NCBI GenBank assembly: GCA_010405405.1
Contig: MU004232.1
Span: 2,499,481 to 2,544,827, forward strand
DNA: 45,347 nucleotides
Direction of reading: 5' to 3'
DNA from: Microthyrium microscopicum
Taxonomy: Eukaryota
In this document: positions 34,818-45,347 of the stretch, in pieces
How the letters are laid out: the number at the start of each line of letters is the position of its first letter
Numbering within the stretch: the first letter of the stretch is position 1
The notes under the pieces: model-generated
What the model saw: the letters and a program-made list of their open reading frames with translations, nothing else
Database searches by the model: none
Told to the model about the DNA's origin: nothing
Position numbers and translations under genes: made by a program

Positions 34818-37800
34818 TCAACTTTCTGCTCTAACGAGATGAGCTTCGGTACCAACCATAGCCACATTAGTTCTTTTGAGATCTCCAATGACCATGACTA
34901 TTCTTCCTTGTGCCTTACAATCGGTTTCACAACTGACGTCTTCAGAATTCTTTCCGACTACGCGAACATCAATACTCGGCAAAAGTATTTTACCGGTTCG
35001 CAATGGAATAAGGACAATCTCCCATTGTGTTGCCTCGTCTTCTTTGGCCACGAAGCGCCCTCGTCTTTGCCCACCTATCAGCCAAGTATCTGGAGGTGCA
35101 TCGACATCATACATGAACTCGATTTCTGTCTCGGAAAGCCCCTGGGATAGCATGGGAGATTCCCATTGCCTGGAGTGTACGATAGACACCGCAGCAGTTA
35201 TGGGGAAACCAACAGGTATCGTTTCGGATATTGAGTTGGGGAGCTTCAAGTTGGTAACATGAAGGACCTGTAGTCGTGGTAACGGTACCGAGATTATTAT
35301 TTTTCTAGAAGGTTGGTGGTTGGCCACTTCCCCAGAAGATCCCAGCTTATGTAACAACAAAGGAAGGATTTCGTTGTCCTCATGCCATTGTTTCAACCAG
35401 GTCGCTAACTCGCCCGCTAAAGGAGCCGGAAGATCGTTCAGCAAGTTTGCCCAGCCGATTGCAACAAAATGCGGCACACTGATTTCTTCGAATAGCGCAG
35501 ACTCTGTGTGATTGGCTGGTAGAACAATGCTGCGGAGTTTTTGGGTTAAAAATTTGGTGAGAAGTCGCTCAAGCGAATTGTATGGGCTTTGCTCCAAGTC
35601 GGATCCGAACTTGGTGAGAATCTTTGCGATACTCAAGTCGTCTAAACATTGATATTCCACCTCGAGTATAAGTGGAGCTTCTTTGTTCGCTATTTGCCTA
35701 ACCTGCAGATCGCCATCGCTTTTTTTTGGTCGTACTTCGTACATGAATGTGGCGGGTTGCTTTGCAAATATCGTAGCGGGAAAGATGTCCGCAGCAGGCT
35801 CTTGGACAGCAAACCGATCAGTCTCGTGTAATTTCATTCCAAGTATCCGTAGTGGGATGTCATTCGCGGTTTTGATGTGAAAGCGTTGGAAAATGTGTTT
35901 TGGTTTGAAGAGATCGTGGACGTTGACATCTAGTGGCAGCTCTATGGTTACAGTCTGAACCGAAGAGTAGTCTAATTTGGGTTTGGTACTGGAAAGTTCA
36001 ACCTTGACATTGATATCTCGGTGGTGATCGTCAAGCTCGTAAGGAATTTTAAGTTTCACTTTTGAAGACTGTTCCAGGTTGCTGAGGCCGATGCCGCCCT
36101 GTGAATCTTTATTGATAGTCGCAGTTCCAGAAGTTACCTCAACTTTTGAAGTATGAATCCGTAAGCCAGATGAAGCGGCCTTTAGGCGAAGCTCAGCTTT
36201 GTCAATGTGTTCCGGTCCGACATCAAGCTCTAGCTCGAGGTCTCTTGTTCGTTCTATGTGAATGGTGGGTGGTAACTGCATATGGACAGAGAATGCATCA
36301 TTTCGGGGATATACCAAAACTTGGGGTGCTTTAGACTTCACCCCGGGAAAGGAAGCGCGGTCTTCCTCTGCTAAATCACGAGTAAATACGATCTTGTTGG
36401 ACGAGATTGAAACGCGATTGACGGTATAGCTACCGAGTGTCGAAATCTAAATGATCAGTAACGCTATTAGATATCAAGCTTGCAGACTCTTGACTCACAT
36501 GAGTGCCTAAAACAATTGTGGTAGTACCCTTTCCTACCTCAACAGGTTCGTTGCTCTCAAGAACTATTTGAGATGGTCCACTGTCTGAAGACGTTGTCAA
36601 GACAACTTTGGCCGAATTGATCTTTATTGTCTCTTCAAGCACACTTCGAAATTTAAGCCGAAGTTGAAATCCCTCTTTGTCAGTATAGTGTTTTATATGT
36701 GGGTCAATAACCATATTGTGAAAATAGGTTAAGAAAGGAACTGTTATCTCATAGGGTAGTTGGGTAGCAGTTGCTGAAAGTTCGTGTAGAATGCTTTGGC
36801 CTCTAATTTGAAAGCTTTCGATGTCGACATAGGTGGCAGATTGAAGTTTCATGCCAGGTGATGTTTTTGAAGCAACGGCTTTGTCAAGTAATCCAAGCAA
36901 CATTCTTGCATAATCGTCTTTGCGGTTCAGCATCTTCAGACATTCTGCATGAATCATGAGCATTCTTATCTCTATGAGAGTCCATTTGAGCTGGGAGAAG
37001 ATAGGGATGATCTTAGAGAAGTAATTGGCCGCTCCAGCGTAATCTCCAGCTTGACTTTGGTTGTATTAGCAACTTTGTTAGCACACAAAGAACAACAACT
37101 TACAATCGAACCATGGCAAGATCAGCAAGCATACGCTCAAAGCTTTTACCCTGGCTAGATATATAGTACAAGTCTAGAGCTTCTTTTGTCAGAGCCTGAG
37201 CGTCATTAGCACTTTCAGTACACCGGCGGTAACGAGACGGAATACCTCATAGATCGCCCTCAAAGCTTTCTTGGAGATGACGGCATTGTACAAGTCAGGA
37301 TGACAGATACCAATTGATAAAGTAGCTTTCTCTTCCTCCGACACTGTTTCAGAAGGCTCTTCGTCCTCCTCAGATTGTTCTTCTTCAGTAAGATCAACTT
37401 CTTTCAAAGTAGAAGGATCTTCGCCACCTTGAGCATTGACCCAGCCTATCGACTGGCCTTGACGAAGGGCCATGGCTTCGATAAGGCGGCGCTGAAGAAG
37501 AAGAAGTTGCGCCCTTTGCGTAGCTAGATAATCTTTTCCAGTTCTGTTGGTTGAGGACTGATCAGGAACACCACCTGCGCGCTTTTTCAAGGATTCAAAT
37601 AATAATTGGGCGTCATCTACAGGCTTCTCATGGCCGGGTGCAACTGAGCTCTTCCTTTTAGGGTATACCGACTGCTTTTCTTTCAACAAAGATGAGAAGT
37701 GTGGCTCCGTTGGTGTGGACTGAGCAAGAAATGCGGTTCTCGTCTCATCCAATACTTGCTGAACAGCCGAATATGTCCACGATGCCACTATATTCTCTAT

Positions 37801-39193
37801 GATCGGAGAACTTTGATCGTGTGGGCTTGACTTTGCTCTGGAAAATGTGTCAGACAAGATTAGCTGAAGTGCACGATAAGAAACATACATTTGCGTGAGA
37901 TCATCACGTACTATACGAGCAATGTTTGGGATTGACCACGCTGCTAGCTGACACAATTGAGCCAAAGGACTAAGATTTTCAGGTCCCTGAAGGTTTGCTC
38001 GGCTCATACGCAGTAGGACAGCCATTTTTCTTGCCAAGACGTAACATTTAAAGTCGAAGACTGAGATGTTGTTTGCAAGTATCAGCTCTCGAAAATTCTT
38101 CTTGGTCGATGAAATGGCCGGATTGTCTGGACCCCAGAACTTGCTATCAGACTTGAGATCTCCATCTTTTGCTCGTTCGTACAGCGTGTTGAGGTCTCCA
38201 GTTGTTGAGAGGAACGACACTGTGGGTTCTTCATCTTCGTGATTAGCCAGGATAGTATCTAGTTCCACGCCAAGTTCTTCATATCCAGCCAAAGCATCGT
38301 CAACTAAGCCGACACTCTCGAATCCTCGAGCCAAACCTTCTTTCAAAACGAAAAAAGTACAGAAGTTCCATCCAGGTAGAGCCCGTTGTGATTCGCGTTC
38401 ACGAATATCGTCTTCGTATTGAGTAACGCGCAGATTAAACGAAGCTAAAATGAGAGCTTTGGTTTTTGCAATAGCGTCATCCCATTCCTCACGTTGGTCC
38501 TGATTGATATCTCTGCCCTTTGGACTGAGACACAATTGGGCGATGCGGTCAGGTGCAGATTTGCTAGAAACATTGAAATCTGCCTTGAGCTTTTCCAGCA
38601 TGGAACTCGTTCCCTTTTTGGAATCCAGACGATCTTTTTCGGAAGCGGAGTTGGCGTCCGGCATCACGACGTGCAAGATCATCCACTCAAAGGCATCATG
38701 ATTCTCCTGTGCCGTGCTCTTTTTAGAACTCGACTGAGAGGCCGGGATGTGCGACTTGAGCCATTCTCTGACAGCTTTACGGTGAATTGCTTTGTACAAC
38801 TCGGTATCATCACATCGAAGCAAATACAGCTTTAGGTACGGGGTCTGCCGAAGGCCAGGAATTTGATGTCTTCTCTCCTTCACAGGCGCTATTGTCGGAG
38901 TTGGTAGATGTGTTTGCCTGGAAGATGGGCGACTAGAGTCTCCAACAAGCTCCCAGCTCTTGAACAATTCGACATGGAGAGATTCTATTGAGCGAAGTGG
39001 CCGCTTCGGGCTCTTCCAATTTAGGTTATGCAGTGGCAGACGAGAATCTAGTTGGTCACTGATCAAAGGGAACACACCAGCCGGATCGAAGTATTCAACT
39101 GTATTGGTCTAAAGTCAGAATGTCCGACCTTGAAGAAGGGCATACGATTTTACCCTTGACTTTTGCGACCGACCAGGTCGAAGTGTTGTCCAT
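34818..39193 (-). CDS. TRS130: TRAPPII-specific subunit Trs130/TRAPPC10; exons 39193-39154, 39098-37889, 37837-37246, 37195-37104, 37054-36499, 36446-34818
   Basis: Spliced KVEYFDPAGVFPL, LPLHNLNWKSPKRPLRSI, RRHQIPGLRQTPYLK, LPGWNFCTFFVLKEGLARGFESVGL, LPLDVNVHDLFK and WLIGGQRRGRF..LIPLRTG..LLPSIDV. Five canonical introns restore the frame. Confidence 0.92.
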
Positions 39194-39479
39194 TTTGACC
39201 GTTGGAGTTGGCTAGCATAGTGAGCTATTCTTAGCACCACCCGAACGTTTTGGCCTTGCTGTATAATTGAAGGCTTGGTTGGGCTATAGAGGTTCGAATG
39301 CAAAAAAAAAGAAATCGTTTTAATTGACGAGTTGATAAACGTCACTGGCGACAAAGGAAGAACAAGCTGGTCGCATTTGATTTCACGTGGTCGGTGGCTT
39401 GAAAGGGGCAGACTCACGCTGATTGGCTCAAACTTGAGTGCACTCTTGCGTCTATTTTCCTTCTCATTAGCGGCCGTCT

Positions 39480-42400
39480 ATGGGGACTAATAACCGTTCT
39501 ATAACCGTTGTTACAATGCAAGCGTTCCTAGCACGTTTAACCTTATAAAACGCTTCGCATAATAAGCGCTCTTACGTACAAATGTTTTAAGCTAATAAGC
39601 GTTTCTAGAACGCTTAGACCATTAAACGTTTAGTTAAAATAAGCATTTATTACTAACTAAGCATTTATTCCTAAATAAAATATTACGTTAGTGCTTTTTA
39701 TTAATAAATATTTATAAAGGAAAGTATTTAGCTCTAAAGAACGTTTATCTAGCTCTAGTAGAATCCTCTTATAACTTAAAGATTCTAGAATTATATAATA
39801 ATTAACTTTACTTTAAGTAAATATAAATTAATTCTAGCTTTATCTACCTACTAAATTTATTATTTTTTTATATTCTTCTACGTCCTTTTTTTATACTTTT
39901 TTTCGTAATCTTTTTTATATAAAAATTTTATATTTACTATAGCTAACAACGCTAATGCCGCTATTACTACTACTACTACTACTACTATTCTTATAGCTAA
40001 AGGCACGCCTCTACTACTACTTCTACTATCTTTACTTTCTCTACCTCCTCTACCTCCTAGTAAGAAGGTTTTAAAAGCTTACGTAAGTAATTAAAGCTTA
40101 ATAAGTACTTCTTAATTATTAATTTAATTTACTTTTTAGCTTAATATTACTCTAACTTACTATATTCTAATTCGCTATTCTAATTCGCTATACTTTAATT
40201 TCTCTCTCTCTCTTTCTACTTAATTCTTAATCTACTTTACTTCTCTAATATCTAACCTTAATCTATAGCTTATACTTAATACTACGTTAATTATAATTCT
40301 TTCTACTAGTAATATATATTTATTACTATATTATAAATACTTAGTAATAAATAATATTAATATAATATATAGGAACGTAAGATTAAGTTATATAAGTATA
40401 AGTCTAGTCTATAAGTTTAGTCTATAGTTAAGAAGAGAGCTATAGCTTAAAAATTATTTAATAAAGAGTATGCTACTAAGCGTTATCTTAAAATTATTAG
40501 TAATTTAACTAAGTCTAATTAACTAATTCTTATTAAAGTAAAATTATATTACGTAAGATTCTAAAAAAAGTATTTATATATATTATAGAAAGATTCTATA
40601 AATAATTATATATAAAAGACTCTTCTTTCTTTATACGTAATATACTTTTATATATTACTATATACTAGTTACTAATTCTATAATAAGGTATTTAAAGAGC
40701 TTTAACTAGCTTAAAAATATAGCCTAGAAAATTCTAGTAAAAATAGAAAAAGTTATTTCTAGTTAACTAATATCTATATATTTAGTAATAAAACTTATAA
40801 AAATATATAAGTAAGTTATAATATTATTTTATTTATTTATTATCTTATTTATTTATTATTCTATTTATTTATTTATTACCCTATTTATTTATTTATTACT
40901 TTATTTATTTATTTATTATTTTATTATTTATTACTTTATTATTTATTACTCTATTATTTATTACTCTATTATTTATTACTCTATTATTTATTACTTTATT
41001 ATTTATTTATTAAAGATTAAAGTTATAAAGTAGATAAGAAAGTTATAAAATACTTAAATAGATTAGGTATATAGAAATAGAGATAAAAGTAATTACTAAA
41101 AAACTATAAGAAAATTCCTTAGCCTTTATCTTATTACTTAGAAACCTCTAAAGTTTTTCTTTAAGCTAGAGTAGTCTATCTATAAGCTAAAGTACTTTAA
41201 AAGTATACTTAGCTACTAATTATAATAGTTAGAAACCTATTAATTCTCTTAACTATAAAATATACTAAAGCTAAAGAAGTAGCTTTACTAGCTTCTAATA
41301 GCTATTAAGCTAAGGTACTTAAACTATAATACCTATTTTAGAGAGTCTATTAAGTTTAATTCCTAATATTATTTCTCTAATAAGGACTTAAACGTCCTTA
41401 TAGGTCTTTAAAGAATTAACTATATTCTAATAGTATTAATATACTTTAAAGTATATTATATTATAATAGTATAAATTACTTAGCTACTATTTAGCTAGCT
41501 AGATAATAATCTTAGTAAATTTTAATAAACTTATTATTAGTTTTAAACGTTACTTAAAGAGGTACTTCTTAAATAATAATTTATAAAGCTAAACGTTACT
41601 ATTAAGTACCTATTTAGATTTATTTAGATTTATTAGAGACTTAAGCGTTTTTAAGTTTCCTTAGGCTATTACCTTAAGCTTATTTAATTTATAAGTTATT
41701 ACTTCTTAAGAGTAACTTCTTTCTTTAGAATCTTTACTTATAGTAAGAATTAATATTAAAACTTTTCTTAATAGAAAGTACTTAATAAAGTAAGTATTTA
41801 CTCTTTACTAACTTAATTAGGTAGAAGAGTATTAAATAAAGTATATTTAATCTTATAATTATATACTTTTTCTAATTTTTTTTTATTCTACTTTTATAGA
41901 ATTAAGGTATATACTTAAGTAAACTTTAGCTAACTAAGTAAAGTTAACCTTTATAAATAGAGCTATAGTATAAGAATAAGTCTTAGCTAATAATTCTAAT
42001 ATTTTACTAATAGCTTTCTTATAAATCTACTTAGTATACTTTATATTCTTTTATACTTATTTTCTTTAATAGCTACTATAAAAGATAAAGTAAGAGTTAA
42101 TAAAGCTTTAAATAAACTTAGTTTATCTTTATTTAATACCTTTAAAGTTTCTAAAAATACTTTTAAAGTTTCTAAAAATACTATTACTTTACTAAAAACT
42201 TTAATTACTAATATTATAAAACTAGCTAATTTTATTAATACTAATACTATTAAAAAAGTAACTAATAAAGTTAAATTTATTAATAGTACCTAAATTAATA
42301 CTAATAATAACTATATTAAATTATTAAGTTTTAGCTACTTCTCTTTAGAACTTTCTAAATTTAAAAAAATTAAAAAGGATACTATTTAAGCTAAAAAGAA

Positions 42401-45347
42401 AAGAAAAGCTTCTAAGTATAATTATAATAGTAAATTTAAACCTTCTTAGCCTAATATAAAGTAAATATATAATAATAGTATTATATATACTAATAAGGCT
42501 TAAGCTTAGTTTAAATTATACTAGACCTTTCTTATTTATAATATATTAATTAATTATAGTTAGTTAAATAGTAAATATCTTCTATATAACTCTAATAATA
42601 ATAAAATAAAACTATTTAATATAGATAAGTCTATTCTATATAAGAATAAGGCTAAGTTAATTATTAAATAGTTTCTTATACTTAATTTATATTAATAATA
42701 TACTAAAGTATATACTAAGACCTTCTTATATACTAATCTAAAGAATTAGTACTATATAGCTTCTAAGGACTATATATTAGCCTTTAAGATTTAAAATAGT
42801 TATTACTATATAACCTATAAGACTACTAAGTCTTATTAATAGTATCTTAAAGTAAGTTATTCTTAATTAATTTAGTTTAAATCTAATTATTACTAATTAT
42901 TTCTTAGGTTATTTTTTATAAAAAGAATATTACTAAGAACCTTCTTTAAAAGCGTTATAATATAATAAAGATCTATATACTTTATTAGTAAACTTATAAT
43001 AGTAATCTAAGTAAGTATAATATAAGTTAGCTCCTTTATATTAAAAAGATAATTTATGTTACTAATAAGAATATTATAAAAGCTATCTAGATATAAGTAA
43101 ACTCTTTTATTATACTTAGGTTTAAACTAATATAAATAAGTATATTTATATTAATGCTATAAATAATACCTTTCTTTTATATTTTAGTATTATTAAAGGT
43201 AAATATAATAGTATCTATATAATACTAGTATATTATAAAAATAGTAAAAAGGTCCTTATAATTAAAAAAGCTACTTATTACTCTAAAGTAGCTTTACTTA
43301 GAGCTATTATTAATATTACTTATATTAAGTACTATAATAACCTCTATACCTATTATTATAAATTTAAACTACTTATAAATAGTAGCTAAAAGAATATAAG
43401 TACTCTAATTATATTACTTAGATTCTAACTAACTCTATTCTAGGTTATAAGTATTTTATTATATTAAATTAATAATCTTACTAATATTATAAAGATACTT
43501 ACTTCTTAGTAGGCTAATAGCGTTAAAAAGAAAGAAAAAGCTTTTAATATAAGTTAATTTATAATCCTTTAGAGCTAGATTAATAAGTATAAGCTTAGAA
43601 TAAATAAATAAGTAATTCTTTATTACTATTTAGTTATAATAGATTAAATTAATTTTAAAAATAATAATTTAAAGTCTAAAGAGTCTAAAGAGTTTAAAGA
43701 ATAGATATAGTATTTAGTAGATATATTTAATATTAGGTTAATATATTTAGTATTTAATAAGTAAAGTTAGTTATATTTTAGATTTATTATAAGCTATTTA
43801 TTAGTACTTAGTAGCTATTAAGTTCTATTTAAACTAATTTATATAAATAGTATAAGATAGTTTTTTCTAATAAAATACTTTCTTAAATTTCTAAGTTCTC
43901 TCTTATAAACCTAAATAGTATCTAGGAATATATTTCTATAAATCTAAAATTATTATTTTAAGATATTTAAAAAATACTTCTTTAAAGGTTAATAAGTAAA
44001 GCTAAAGTAATACTAATAGTTTTAGATTTAGGTTTAAAATTAATTCTATATCTAGTTCTAAATTTTCTTTAAGTTTTTTTTATTTAGACTATATTTATAT
44101 ATATATCTATAGAAACCTATTTGTTTTAAGATATTATAATAGTATTATTTAGGTACTATTTAGTTTTATCTAAATAGGCTTATCTTAATTATAAGTAAGA
44201 TAAATTATTATTATATATTTATATATACTATAAAATAATTATACTTTTATACTTATCTTTTTTATAAAAAGAGGCTTATTTTAAGTCTTATTATAATTAT
44301 TTTAATCTATCTAGCCTTCTTTTAACTAGTATAGATTTAGTAAATACTAAAAACTTTTTTAGATATTTTTTTAGCTTCTTAAACTTTAAATAAGGTTTAT
44401 CTAAGTTAAGTTATTTTAAGTTATATTTAGTTATTTCTATTAAAGCTAATTTAGCTAAGAAAATATTTTTTTTCTTTAATTTCTCTTAATAGCGCTTTAG
44501 TATAATTAAGAAGAAGTTACTAATAAATTCTTAGCTTACTTTAAATATAGAGTAGTTCTTTTACTTTACTTTATAGTAATAAGTACTATTTTTATTAACT
44601 TTATATCTAATTACGTTTTTAATCTTATAGTAGTTAGTTTCTTTAAAATCTAAAATTTCTTAAAATAAGACTATTTATTATAAAAAGTATATATTAAATA
44701 TATATTATTATAATAAGGAGATATAAAAGATATTATAAACTAGAGTACTCTTAAGTAAGTTAATATAATACGTATTATAGTTAATAACCTTTATTACTTT
44801 AAAAAGGCTTATATACTTAATATCTAGTTTCTTTTTAAACTTAGCTATTCTAATATTCTTTATATTAAGTAGAACTTAGTTATTTACCTTTAAAGTAACG
44901 TTTTTATAGCCTTTATTATAGTATTTAGCTTATAGAGTTTAAATATTTTCTAAATAGGCCTAAAAAGCTTTCTAAAAGAATAGAATATATTCTACTAGTT
45001 TTTTTATATTAGGAGTAGTATTTATTAAGTACTTTTTAGGTACTTTTAGTATATATAAGTATTTACTTATATATACTATAAATAAAGTAATATTAGTTAA
45101 GCTATATATATTATTATTATATATAAACTTAGTAGAATTAAGCTTTTTAGCTTAATTATCCTACTCTTAGCTATAATAGATATATAAATAATACTTAATC
45201 TCTTAGTTTTAATACTTTATTTACTTATCTATCTAAGGTTAGAATATAGTAGATAGCTTCTATTAGATCTTTAAGTAGTAAAGGAATATATTTTAAAACT
45301 TAGAGATAAATATAGGGCCTTTATTAAATATAATTATATTTAGTATA
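39480..45347. mobile_element. AT-rich block of RIP-degenerated transposable element relics (family not identifiable)
   Basis: Abrupt drop in GC. TpA is everywhere, CpA and TpG are almost absent after about 39720, while CpT, CpC and some CpG remain. No ORFs in the six-frame track. This is the classic CpA-to-TpA RIP signature. Confidence 0.88.
40820..41012. repeat. AT-rich minisatellite within the RIP block
   Basis: About ten degenerate 18-21 nt units of the type TTATTTATTATT(C/T)TAT / ATTTATTACTCTATT. Confidence 0.75.

Noticed and set aside
39480..45347. AT-rich block as a mitochondrial insertion or contaminant
   Set aside because: The specific loss of CpA/TpG with TpA excess points to RIP. 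No mitochondrial gene, rRNA or tRNA motifs are visible.

Overview
Eukaryotic DNA from a filamentous ascomycete (Pezizomycotina), identified by GT-AG introns of about 50 nt with CTAAC/CTGAC branch points and by a RIP-mutated block. Bases 1-39400 are gene-dense. They hold UBA1, SVF1, a Hal4/Sat4 kinase, prolyl-tRNA synthetase, a 7-exon DUF3237-like gene not recovered by the ORF track, an RRN6-like gene, an orphan repeat protein, SPC25, a UCH-family (peptidase C12) protein, two convergent 7TM/GPCR-like genes, ESF2, a PAM2/F-box-like orphan, a polyproline single-pass membrane protein and TRS130. From about 39480 to the end the sequence is extremely AT-rich and TpA-saturated, typical of transposon relics destroyed by repeat-induced point mutation. 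The best leads are: (1) a CUG-initiated, NLS-like N-terminal extension of UBA1; (2) a UCH protein whose catalytic His is replaced by Gly and Asp by Glu; (3) a 97-codon Trp-rich in-frame extension behind the kinase UAG, a candidate for readthrough or A-to-I stop-loss editing, on a gene that also carries a lone uORF; (4) a PAM2 plus F-box-like protein. Exon boundaries were read by eye and family assignments come from remembered motifs, not database searches.
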